Shown: piece by piece, positions 21,953 to 32,187 of the stretch | Position numbering within the stretch: position 1 is the first letter of the stretch | Layout: each line of letters opens with the position of its first letter | Source of the DNA: Cyclobacteriaceae bacterium | GTDB taxonomy: Bacteria; Bacteroidota; Bacteroidia; Cytophagales; Cyclobacteriaceae | Direction of reading: 5' to 3' | Length of the DNA stretch: 64,000 bases | NCBI GenBank assembly: GCA_012033595.1 | Contig: JAAUQL010000012.1 | Coordinates: 7,208 to 71,207, forward strand | Program-made: the position numbers and the translations under genes | Notes under the pieces: generated by a model | What the model saw: the letters and a program-made list of their open reading frames with translations, nothing else | Database searches by the model: none | Told to the model about the DNA's origin: nothing

Positions 21953-22405
21953 CTAAGGCAAACCATTTTTTCTGACTGCGGCCACTTCTGCGGGGCTAAT
22001 TTCTTCAGCATTGTTTCCAAAATTTGACCTGACATAGGTGAGCACATCGGCGATTTGCTGATCGTTCAAATAGTCAAGTTTGGCCATCACATTGTTATAA
22101 GTTTCCCCTTTTACCACTATTACGCCTTGCTGTCCATGCAAAATGGTGCCAATCAATTTTGCTTTGTCGCCCAATACCCATTCGGTTTGTGTTAATGGTG
22201 GATATATGCCCGGAACACCTTCTCCATTGGCCATATGACAGGCCATGCAAAACTGCATGTAAATTAATTTGCCGGGATGGGTTTTTGCAACTGAGCTTTC
22301 TGTACTTTGCTGTTTTGTTTTCTTTTTCTCTCCATTCTCTTTGGTATCTACACAAGCAACTGCACTCAGGAAAATACCAAACATACAAACACAAATACCT
22401 CTCAT
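21953..22405 (-). CDS. Monoheme cytochrome c lipoprotein
   Basis: Lipobox AVAC; CMACH heme motif; GEG..YPPL; YNNVM distal Met; IADVLTYVRSNFGN. Confidence 0.92.
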   Translation of the reverse strand: MRGICVCMFGIFLSAVACVDTKENGEKKKTKQQSTESSVAKTHPGKLIYMQFCMACHMANGEGVPGIYPPLTQTEWVLGDKAKLIGTILHGQQGVIVVKGETYNNVMAKLDYLNDQQIADVLTYVRSNFGNNAEEISPAEVAAVRKNGLP

Positions 22406-22632
22406 AAATCAAAAAATCTTTGGCCTCCCAAATTAAAATCATTCGCAGGTCAAAAACAAAAATGAAATTAGTATCGAAGAATGATCCCTTCACGTTTTAT
22501 TTTGCCGGCAGCAATGCTCCTTATCGATTTGTTTTTATACTTCTTAATAATCGCATTTCGATGCTTTACCCTGAATACCAAGATTAAAAATTTATTAATT
22601 TGCACTTTCATTAATAAGTAAAATCGCAGAAA

Positions 22633-24081
22633 TTGACTGAAAAAGAGAATCTTCATCATATTTTCGAACGTTGGTCGGGGGAAAAGGTCGAACAGGTGCA
22701 TACCATTCCTCAGTCTGGTTCGTACCGGGAGTACTACAGGTTAGTGGGTTCTTCAAAAACTGCCATCGGGGTATTCAATGAAGACTTAAAAGAAAACAAG
22801 GCCTTTTTAAGCTTTACCAAACATTTTTCAAAATTAGGTTTGGCGGTGCCACAACTACTCGCTGAAGATGATGGTGGCAAAACTTATTTATTGTCCGATC
22901 TGGGCGATGAGGCACTTTTTGATTACTTGCAGAGGAAACGCAACCAGGTAGGTGTATTTCCAGGTACAGGGATCAAAGCTTACAAAGAAGCGCTGAATGA
23001 ACTGCCGAAATTCCAGATACTGGCCGGCCAGCACCTCGACTACTCGGTCTGCTATCCGCGGCCTGCCTTCGACAGGCAATCGATGGTGTGGGATTTGAGC
23101 TATTTCAAATATTATTTTTTGAAACTGGCCAAAATACCATTTGATGAACAAATGCTCGAAGATGACTTTTCCAGATTCATAGATTATCTGCTTCAGGCCG
23201 ATTCCAACTACTTCCTATATCGCGACTTTCAGTCCAAAAATATAATGATGGTAGAGGGCAAGCCATTCTTCATCGATTATCAGGGGGGAAGAAAAGGCGC
23301 ATTGCAGTACGACGTCGCCTCCCTGCTGTACGACTCCAAAGCAAACATACCTGGCGATATCAAGGACATTCTGCTAGATCACTATCTCGATGTACTTAGG
23401 CACTACCTCGATTTCGACAAAAAAGAGTGGGTAGCTTTTTATCGCGCTTTTGTACTTATCCGCCTGATGCAGGCTATGGGTGCCTATGGTTTTCGGGGAT
23501 TTTACGAGCGAAAAACCCAGTTTCTCAAAAGCATCCCCTACGCGCTGAAGCAACTCGACAACATCATCAATTCCAATCTTTTTCCTCCGGGTTTTCCCTA
23601 TATGGAGCATGTGCTGAGCAACCTAACCTCGTCTAAACAGTTGCTCAGGTACCGGCAGGAATTCAATACCCTGGTGCCCTTGAACATCGAACTAATGAGC
23701 TTTTCGTATCACAAAGGATTGCCTGTAGAAAAATACGGTCATGGCGGTGGATTCATTTTTGATTGCCGGGGCATTCACAACCCGGGTCGATACGAGCGCT
23801 TTAGCAGCAAAAATGGGAAGGATGGTGAAGTGATGGATTTTTTGAAAACCGGGGGCGAAGCAGATGAATTTCTCAACAATGCCATTCATTTGGTGGAGCA
23901 AACCATTGATAAATACCTCAACAGGGAGTTTAAACATCTGCAAATAGCCTTTGGCTGTACTGGCGGACAACACCGGTCGGTATATTGTGCTGAGAAAATG
24001 GCAGAAATTCTGAATGATAAATATGAAGACCGCATCAACATCAGGCTTAGCCATCGCGAATTAGACCCATTAGCAGGATGA
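22633..24081 (+). CDS. AmgK-like sugar kinase (APH fold) fused to RapZ C-terminal domain
   Basis: GSYREYYR, LSDLGD, YRDFQSKNIM, IDYQG, YDVASLL; C-terminal SFSY..FDCR..NPG..FGCTGGQHRSV. Confidence 0.85.
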   Translation: MTEKENLHHIFERWSGEKVEQVHTIPQSGSYREYYRLVGSSKTAIGVFNEDLKENKAFLSFTKHFSKLGLAVPQLLAEDDGGKTYLLSDLGDEALFDYLQRKRNQVGVFPGTGIKAYKEALNELPKFQILAGQHLDYSVCYPRPAFDRQSMVWDLSYFKYYFLKLAKIPFDEQMLEDDFSRFIDYLLQADSNYFLYRDFQSKNIMMVEGKPFFIDYQGGRKGALQYDVASLLYDSKANIPGDIKDILLDHYLDVLRHYLDFDKKEWVAFYRAFVLIRLMQAMGAYGFRGFYERKTQFLKSIPYALKQLDNIINSNLFPPGFPYMEHVLSNLTSSKQLLRYRQEFNTLVPLNIELMSFSYHKGLPVEKYGHGGGFIFDCRGIHNPGRYERFSSKNGKDGEVMDFLKTGGEADEFLNNAIHLVEQTIDKYLNREFKHLQIAFGCTGGQHRSVYCAEKMAEILNDKYEDRINIRLSHRELDPLAG

Positions 24082-24820
24082 AAGCAATGATTTTTGCCGC
24101 CGGACTCGGCACCAGGTTGAGACCTGTAACCAACGACAAGCCCAAAGCCATGGCCACAATACATGGCACCACACTGCTCGAGATCACCATCAGGCGTTTG
24201 AAAAACCATGGATTCAAAGATATAGTCGTGAATGTACATCACTACGCAGACATGATTACTGAATTTTTGGAATCGAATAAGCATTTCGGCATCAATATTC
24301 AGATTTCCGACGAACGGGCATTGCTGCTGGACACCGGAGGCGGGCTAAAGCAGGCTGCACGTTTTTTTGACGACGGCAAGCCCTTTCTTGTGCACAATGT
24401 CGATACCCTCACGGATGTAAGCCTCAAAGATTTTTATGATTATCATATAAAAAACAGGCCTTAGCCACATTGTTGATCAGGCACCGGCCAGGAAGCAGGT
24501 TTTTCCTTTTTGATGAGGAAAAGAGATTGTGTGGTTGGGAAAATGTGGTCAGCAAGGAAAAAATCATATCGCGCCCCACTCAAAGACCTCCGGAGCAAAT
24601 AGCATTTTCTTGCCTGCATGTTATCGATCCGGACATTTTTAATCACATCCACGAAAGTGGTTGCTTTTCCATTATCGATGTTTATCTGAGATTGGCCAAA
24701 AACCATCCGATATACGGATACCTCGACGACCAGTCTTACTGGCTGGACGTCGGTACTCCTGAAAAATTAAAAAAAGGAGAAATGGAATTTGATATTGAAA
24801 AGTTGGTGGCGAGCAGGTAG
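24078..24820 (+). CDS. murU: Nucleotidyltransferase (MurU-like), split by frameshift near 24460
   Basis: MKAMIFAAGLGTRLRP..PKA, LLDTGGGL, NVD, WLDVGTPE; ATGA overlap with the kinase. Confidence 0.75.
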
Positions 24821-24969
24821 CAGAATGGGTATCCGGGTATTTGGGCAACAGCGGATGTATAACCCGATGAAGCAGGTTGCCCATATATTTCAGACAAGTT
24901 GTTCTCTGCCAAATACATCACCATAAACCGTGATGAGGCGATGGTATTCAAAAACAATATAGTCACCGG

Positions 24970-26748
24970 CTAATCCTCCGAAAATTCCTTGAGCATCTTG
25001 CGGTATTTTGAAAATACATTGGCGCGCGACACAAAGCCGACATATTTGCCCTTTTCATCCAATACCACAATATTAAAGTGAGGTGTTTTCTGGAATTTTT
25101 CCACTATTTGTTCCATAGAATCGCTCAGTGTGGCTGAGGTCATCGGAGCCTGCATGAGACTCGAAACGGTTACGCTGTCATAAAGTTCCGGCTTAAAAAT
25201 CACCTCTCTGATGTCGTTGAGGTGTACTACACCACAGAATATCCCATTGTCGTCCACTACCGGAAATACATTGCGCTTGGAGGAAGTGATTACTTTTACC
25301 AAATCCCTCAAGGTGCCATCTTTGTGCACCGTGTTGAATTTGGTTTCCAGCATGTCTTTCACATTCATCAGCGAGATCACCATTTTATCTTTGTCGTGCG
25401 TAAACAATTCTCCTTTTCGAGCCAACTGTCTGGTATATACCGAGGTGCTGGTAAAATACTTGATGGTAGTGTAGGAAATAGTGGAAACCATCATAAGCGG
25501 AACAAACAAATGATAGCCACCGGTGAGTTCTGCTATCAGAAAGATGGCGGTGAGTGGTGCATGCAGCACACCAGCAAGCAACCCACACATCCCGATCAGT
25601 GCGAAGTTGCTCGACACCACATGGGTATAACCAAAATACTTAAGTATTTCGGCAAGGAGCAGGCCGGTATTGGCTCCTAAAAACAATGTCGGAGCAAAGA
25701 TACCGCCGATTCCCCCGGCACCAAAAGTGACAGAAGTAGCAAAGCTCTTTAAAAAAATGACCGCCACGAACATCAATAAAATGGCAAACACATTGTCGCG
25801 ATAGGCGTAGAACATGCTGTTTTTGAACAATTGACTGTAGTCGCCCTTCAGGCTGGCGCTCACTACGTCATATCCTTCTCCGTAAAGTGACGGCAAAAAG
25901 AATAGTAAGACCCCCAAAATTGTCACCCCCGTGAATAGTTTGGCATACCAGGATGGTATTTTGTCGAATGTGTCTTCGACAAAGTTGTAAATACGCGTGA
26001 AACTCAAGGAAACAAAACCTGACAAAAGCCCCAGCAACAAATAATAGGGTATATTGGCCAAATTGAACTGTTCTACGATTTCGAATGCATACACGGTATA
26101 TTGGCCCATAAACACATAGCTGACCAATGCCGCAGTAACAGACGAAATGAGCAAAGGCACCATGGCCGCCATAGTAAGATCGAGCATGAGCACCTCAATG
26201 GCAAAGATGATGGCCGCTATTGGCGACTTAAAAATCGCCGACATGGCCGCAGCACTTGCACACCCCAGTAGCAAGGTGATCCGGCGATAGTCGAGCTTGA
26301 GCACCCGGCCTATGTTGGATCCTATGGCCGCACCTGTGGAAACTGTCGGCCCCTCTAAGCCCACTGAGCCACCAAAACCAACGGTAATGGAGCTGGCGAT
26401 AACAGAGGCAAACATCTGGTACGGCTTCATGATGCTGCTGTCGCGCGAGATGGCATAGAGCACATTTGGTATTCCGTGACCGATCGGCTTTTTCAAGATA
26501 AATTTTTTGAACAACACCACGATAAACAGCCCTATGCCCGGATAGATAAAATATGAATAGTTGTGAATGTCGTCCGGAAAGCCTTCGGTAAGCAGGTGTT
26601 CAATCAACTTAACCGATCGCTTAATGATGACTGCACCCAATCCTGCCCCTACCCCAACCACGACACTGAGCAGCATCACAAATTTGGTATCACTGATATG
26701 GTTTCTGCGCCATATCAAAAACCTGGAAAGGAGGCCTATTTTGGTCAC
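24970..26748 (-). CDS. ClC chloride channel/antiporter with CBS pair
   Basis: GHGIP, GLEGP, GGIFAP motifs; C-terminal CBS domains. Confidence 0.93.
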   Translation of the reverse strand: MTKIGLLSRFLIWRRNHISDTKFVMLLSVVVGVGAGLGAVIIKRSVKLIEHLLTEGFPDDIHNYSYFIYPGIGLFIVVLFKKFILKKPIGHGIPNVLYAISRDSSIMKPYQMFASVIASSITVGFGGSVGLEGPTVSTGAAIGSNIGRVLKLDYRRITLLLGCASAAAMSAIFKSPIAAIIFAIEVLMLDLTMAAMVPLLISSVTAALVSYVFMGQYTVYAFEIVEQFNLANIPYYLLLGLLSGFVSLSFTRIYNFVEDTFDKIPSWYAKLFTGVTILGVLLFFLPSLYGEGYDVVSASLKGDYSQLFKNSMFYAYRDNVFAILLMFVAVIFLKSFATSVTFGAGGIGGIFAPTLFLGANTGLLLAEILKYFGYTHVVSSNFALIGMCGLLAGVLHAPLTAIFLIAELTGGYHLFVPLMMVSTISYTTIKYFTSTSVYTRQLARKGELFTHDKDKMVISLMNVKDMLETKFNTVHKDGTLRDLVKVITSSKRNVFPVVDDNGIFCGVVHLNDIREVIFKPELYDSVTVSSLMQAPMTSATLSDSMEQIVEKFQKTPHFNIVVLDEKGKYVGFVSRANVFSKYRKMLKEFSED

Positions 26749-27056
26749 AAAAAATAGATATTAATACACTTGCGAATATATCAGACTAACATACATAAAC
26801 AATGAGAATACAAGGCAAACTGGCCAAAAGTGGCAATAAAATATCGCACGCATCAGATTCATCCGAAAAATCAGCAATACAACATTAATAAAGGAATGAC
26901 AACCGATCATGTATTTGGATTCTTTCCATCATTATACTTACAAAAAATATTACAGCTTCTGCCAATATCTTACCTCTGGCAAATTCTGTCTACTATATCT
27001 TTGAGCTTCAATACCGCGTTCATTAGCTTCGCAGTTTCACTTTAAAAATTGATTTT

Positions 27057-27527
27057 ATGAAATACATCCTGTTAACCTGCCTGCTGTTTTTGGGAACTAA
27101 TGTGCCTCCGCTCAATCAAAAGGTGGTGGACTATTTAGATACGGTCATCGGCAAAAAAGTAGATCGTGGAGAATGTTGGGATCTGGCCGCCGCCGCCCTC
27201 GACCATGCCGGAGCCTTTCTGGATCGCAGCAGTCAAAAATCCATCTATGTTTTTGGCAAGGTAGTCAACCCTAAAACCGACGAGATCTTTGCCGGTGATA
27301 TTATCCAATTAGAAAATGTAAAGCTGGAATATACCAAAGACGATGGCATCTATACCGAAAACATGGCTCATCACACAGCGATAGTGTATAAAGTGCTTGA
27401 CAAGAACCATTTCGAGATTGCCCACCAAAACACCAGCTTTAGCGGAAAAAAAGTAGGCGTGAGCGAGTTTAAACTCAGTGATGTTAAAAAGGGCAAAATC
27501 ATCTTTTACAGACCGGTAAAAAAGTGA
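27057..27527 (+). CDS. Secreted protein with papain/CHAP-like Cys-His motifs
   Basis: Signal peptide; GECWDLA, AGDIIQ, HHTAIV, HQN; TATCTTTG promoter element at 26996-27003. Confidence 0.6.
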   Translation: MKYILLTCLLFLGTNVPPLNQKVVDYLDTVIGKKVDRGECWDLAAAALDHAGAFLDRSSQKSIYVFGKVVNPKTDEIFAGDIIQLENVKLEYTKDDGIYTENMAHHTAIVYKVLDKNHFEIAHQNTSFSGKKVGVSEFKLSDVKKGKIIFYRPVKK

Positions 27528-27652
27528 ATTTTTATTTAAACATTGCATTTGCCTTTTAATCAAAAGGACAATTTTCCATTATCAGAAAAAACAATATACC
27601 AACAATTAAAAAGGGAAAGCAAAATCTTATTTTGCTTTATTCCCAGATATGC

Positions 27653-28591
27653 CTATTCCAAAAATATATGTCTTAAATGTGTTTCACCATTGCTTATTAT
27701 ATGTAAAATGAAATTACCTTTTGGGAGGTCGTCAACAGCTATAGTTGTTGAATTTGAATCCCGAACTTTGACTGATTTCACTATTTGCTGCTTATCGTTA
27801 AAGATGTGTATAATAAATGGAATTTGTCTTTCTAAGTTTGGTGCTTCAGTTGTATTAGTGGCAAATGTGATATTAATTTCATTAGTGGCCGGATTAGGGT
27901 TTACCGATATAGTAAAGAAACCAAATACTTGAATATATCCTTCTATCAATTGGCTACCTGAACAATTATAAAGTCTTAAACTATAGGTATAAGTTCCGTT
28001 GGGAACAATGGTACCAGTACCATTCACACGCCCGTTCCATTCAATGTTGCCCCCTAGTAAGCCGTTGCTACCTAAAGTAATGGTTTCGCTCTTTGAAAAT
28101 AATGAGTATCCGCTGGTATTGAAAATACTGAGTTCGTACCGGTAAGCATTTATTGCCCCGAATCCTTTATCCGCATCTGCTACAAACCAGGTATCATTAT
28201 ACCCATCACCGTTTGGAGTAAAAACATTGGGAATGAAAATATCAAAGCTACCCAAAAGTATCCGGGGAACAGTGACTGAAGAATATCCTGTAGCTCCAGT
28301 TGAAACATCTCTCACAAATACGATAAAATCAGTAGTGATATCGAGGTAAGTTGTAACCGTCCTTAAATTATTCGGCCCTGGAAAAGGTATCCCGGGGGCT
28401 GTAAGCGACCATTGATAGGTGTAATTCCCCGATCCATTTGATACATGGGTTGTAAGTGTTCTTGCGCAAGAATTTGCAGAAAATCCTACCTCATCAATGG
28501 TTACTAGAAGGGTTTGTCCGAATAAACCACTTGTCGAAATGATCATAGAGGTTATAAAATAAGTCAGCCATACAGATGTTTTAAGTTTCAT
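27653..28591 (-). CDS. T9SS substrate with a gliding-motility (type B-like) domain followed by a type A-like CTD
   Basis: Signal peptide; GSGNYTYQW; IPNVFTPNGDGYND..WNG..GTYTY; then NPNPATNEINI..LPKGNFILHI. Confidence 0.75.
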   Translation of the reverse strand: MKLKTSVWLTYFITSMIISTSGLFGQTLLVTIDEVGFSANSCARTLTTHVSNGSGNYTYQWSLTAPGIPFPGPNNLRTVTTYLDITTDFIVFVRDVSTGATGYSSVTVPRILLGSFDIFIPNVFTPNGDGYNDTWFVADADKGFGAINAYRYELSIFNTSGYSLFSKSETITLGSNGLLGGNIEWNGRVNGTGTIVPNGTYTYSLRLYNCSGSQLIEGYIQVFGFFTISVNPNPATNEINITFATNTTEAPNLERQIPFIIHIFNDKQQIVKSVKVRDSNSTTIAVDDLPKGNFILHIISNGETHLRHIFLE

Positions 28592-28605
28592 TTCAGTTTT
28601 TGTTT

Positions 28606-29768
28606 TTAGATTTTGAACAATATATCTACATTCATCCCCCATTGCCCTGTATTTCTCTTCATATATTCACCATTAACTTTGTTGAAGAAATACTTATAGT
28701 TGGGCATTAGGCTTATATGCATTCGGGATTTTAACTCATAGGCTGGCCTGACTCCTACAATTCCACCAAAAAGTGTTCTGTTGGCATTTTTGGAAAAAAC
28801 ATCCGTATTAACTAAGTCTTCATTGTTTTCAAAGGAGGTATGCTCAGCTTTTTTTAGCAAGAAACTAGCAAATCCCCCAACTGCGCATGACAGTTTGAAT
28901 GCTTTTTTTTTACCATATTCAAATTAACAAGCACGGGGATATCTAAATATGCCAGATCCAAGCAGGTTTCTTTGGGAATGGGTGTTGGATCGTTGATATC
29001 GAAAATCCTATAATGATACATATAGGAAAAATTCCGTGTGGTGTAAACGGGAATCAACTGAAATGAATATGGAGAAACTGACTCAAAAAGCACAGAAAGC
29101 CCTATACTATAATTAATGTCCGTAGTGTAGGTTTGATCCCCATTCTCCGGTGTCTTGAAACTAAACTGGTAGCGATTGAAAGAGAAGTTGGGTCCAAAGA
29201 GAATACTTACCTTACCTCCAACATTTTTAGATGTATAGCCATTCTCAGATGGGATTGTTTTTATCTTTTCAAATGGCAGCGATGCTTCATGTTGGTTGCC
29301 TAAATGCTCCATTAAGCCTTTTCTGGAAAAACATGGGAATGTGGCATCTTGAATGCCTCCGCTATGCTTCGACCTCAATGACGAACTGGTTAATGTATCA
29401 TTTACATCTATGCTTGTCGAGGAAATAAGAGTGGTGACTGTGGGAGAGAATTGATGCTCTGACTCATCCACTTTCCTAAGTACAACATGGTTTTCGATTA
29501 CTTTGAATTCAATATGTAAACCTGAAAAAAGCTCCTTTAGCACAATATCCAAGTGTTGTTCCACTACTTGATAATTAACCTTCTGCGTGAGAGGAACCTG
29601 CACATTGCCATATGAAAAATCAATGCAATATGTTTTACCGATATAGTCAAGTACTTCCTCCAACTGAGCCTCTTCAAACTTAATGGTCACCTTTTGCTGA
29701 AGGTCTTGTGCAAAAGCTGTCAGACAGACTAAACGAATCAAAAGCTGAATCAAAATTGCTTTATTCAT
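28606..29768 (-). CDS. STN-domain protein with C-terminal small outer-membrane beta-barrel, frameshift near 28900
   Basis: LQQKVTIKFEEAQLEEVLDYI..IDFSY..LKELF STN pattern; YLDIPVLV and alternating beta-strands; barrel ends in ORF 28606..28860 (..MNVDILFKI). Confidence 0.7.
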
Positions 29769-29784
29769 AGCTTATTGGATCAAC

Positions 29785-30773
29785 CTATTTACACCCTTTG
29801 CCTGAAAGAATATATTCATTGTGATCATATGAATAATCAATTCCAAGGCTGTATTTCAGAACTTCCATTACCGTGTTAAGCCGGGCATTATCGAATGATC
29901 CCGTAAAACGACAATTAAGAATTTCCGGCGTATTTACTTCAAACTTGATGTCATAATACACTGATAATGCATATATCACATTTTTAAGCTCCGTATTATC
30001 AAAAACAAGCTTTTGGGTCTTCCATGACAAAAAATTGGGGTTGGTATTCATGGAAATTCTTGTCGACTTTTCCGGTGATTGACCAAAGCCATTTCACCAG
30101 CTCCTAGTAAGTTGTTTTCTTGTCCATCAAAAACTTTTACTATGCCCTGAACAACGGTTACCTGAAGTTCATCTTTATTCAATTCTTTTACATTAAAAGA
30201 AGTCCCCAGCACCGTAACAGTAGCTTGTTGAATTTTTATAATGAAAGGTCTCTTATCATTTTTAACCTCAAAATAAGCCTCTCCTTTCAAGTCCACTATT
30301 CGCTGGCGTGACCCTTGGTTGAAAACGATCTGGCTTTCTTTATGCAAATAAATTCTACTACTGTCTGGTAGATCAATATTTGTCACCGAATGCTTGGAAG
30401 CCATGATTTGAACACTTAAAGTGACGGATTTAACATTTCTGTAATACATCCAGGCTAGAAAAGTTGTACTTGCTAATAGAAAGATCATTGCCGCGGCAGT
30501 TAGCAGGGAATTAAAGTTGGGTCTGCTATGTCCATTATGCGCTGCCAATACCCTTTCACAGCTGTCAATTTGCCGCAATAATTTTTGTTTTTCTTCTTCC
30601 AGATCGTAAACAGGTTCCTCAAATTGACCGGTAAGTTCCCAGACTTCCTTTAGCTCTTCAAATTTTTGACGATTGCTGAGATCATAGTTTAGCCACTCCT
30701 CCAACGCTTCTTTTTCGGCAAAAGAAATGTGCCCTTTCAAAAATTTTCGTATGAGTGTCCAATGTCCCTTCAT
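29785..30773 (-). CDS. fecR: FecR family anti-sigma factor, frameshift near 30055
   Basis: N-terminal W..LEEW, TM helix, LPDSSRIYL, GEAYFEV, VLGTSFNV; C-domain SWK..LVFDNT.L..FTGSF. Confidence 0.88.
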
Positions 30774-30843
30774 ATCAGCTAATCTATTTCAAATATAATC
30801 TTTAAACTTTTTTACTTCTGCCAGAGAATTATAATTTAATATC

Positions 30844-30973
30844 CAATGTCGTTTAATTAGCGAATTGGGTTTGACTCCGAAGGAGTCATAAGTCTATGCA
30901 AACAATGTTTCTATAGATATTCGACGCCAAACGGGGTCGAATAAGGTCGAATAATCTAAACTAAGCGACATTG
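30844..30973. repeat. REP-doublet / MITE-like palindromic element (130 bp)
   Basis: Terminal inverted repeats CAATGTCGTTTAATTAG / CTAAACTAAGCGACATTG; internal hairpins TGACTCC-GAA-GGAGTCA and TATTCGAC..GTCGAATA. Confidence 0.65.
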
Positions 30974-31107
30974 ATTTAATATTTGCAAAACATTTGCAAA
31001 AAGGTGAATAATCAAAACATTCCTTGTTCGATGCTTTTCAATGAAAAACAATATCTTTTGCAATACTAGATGTTGCATGCTTTTAATTAATATCTTGATT
31101 TCATGTT

Positions 31108-31826
31108 TTAATAAATGGTTTTAAACTTAGGCGAGAATAAGGTATATCTGGTATTGGGCTGCCCGTTGGTTTCAGTAAATATGTGGATACGTCCTTGTCT
31201 AAAACCTGTAGGAACCTCTATAATTATGGAGTCAGAACTCGCAGTAAGCAATGTACTCAAATACTGTCCACTTTCTGTCAAAGGAATAAAAAAGCCATTC
31301 AATGCATCTTCATAAAGGATCAGGTATAGTTCCTCATTTGGGTTAAAATTTTTCCCAATCATTTTAATAATTGTTCCCGGGGGTCCTTCTTGAGGAATCA
31401 TTGCAGTAATTTCTGCCAAAGGATTTTCAGAAACAATTATAAGGATTGTATCAGCTAGCAGACCAGGGCTGGATACAATAAGTTCGGCCTTGGAATAAGT
31501 TGACAGTTTGGGGATGAAAAAGGATAAAGAAGTATCAGAAGCCGATATTGCTTCGGCAACAACACCATTTACCGCTATTCTGTTTTTTTCAAGCACCAGA
31601 CTAAATCGCCATGTACAGTAACCAACGTTCCCGTAGGGCCACCTAGAGGGTTTACATAGTATAAAGCTACGCAGCTAAGTCGACCGGGTTGCCAATCATT
31701 GTCTTCACATCCTGCACTTGCGAAGCAAAATCCAATTGCTAAAACAATAGCCAACAGACTCATATTTTTAGCTTCTTTTTCTCTAAAAACATTCGAGCCG
31801 TAATAAATTTTAAAGTGTGTTTGCAT
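31108..31826 (-). CDS. IPT/TIG domain lipoprotein, frameshift near 31600
   Basis: Lipobox SAGC; two IPT repeats PLGGPTGTLVTVHG and PQEGPPGTIIKMIGKNF. Confidence 0.75.
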
Positions 31827-31898
31827 AACCTTTTAGTGTTTTAAGGTAATCTTAACATGTAATGAAAGAAATAATTAACTTCTTGCTTGTCATGTAAA

Positions 31899-31933
31899 TA
31901 CACACTAAAAACCATCTCCTACCCCCCCCTATC
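31899..31933 (-). promoter_or_regulatory. Conserved upstream motif, copy 1 (putative ECF promoter)
   Basis: Minus strand GATAGGGGGGGGTAG-N13-GTGTGTA; 31/35 identical to 35496-35530. Confidence 0.6.
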
Positions 31934-32187
31934 TGGACGAAAAATTTAAATATAGCAATTAACCCGAACTGAGGTTAATATTATTCCCCTATTTGCAGGT
32001 GTAAATCAGCTCAAGATCATGCTCACACAGTTATGCGTTACAATAGCTCAAAGATTAAGCTAATCTAGCATTAGAAGAGGCTCCTTCAAACAGCCTCCTA
32101 TCCCAACTGCATCATGGTGACAAAAAAAGTGATAGTTGCTATTACTTCGCTAAGTATAAATGGTATTTATTTAAATGCTAAATGTTT

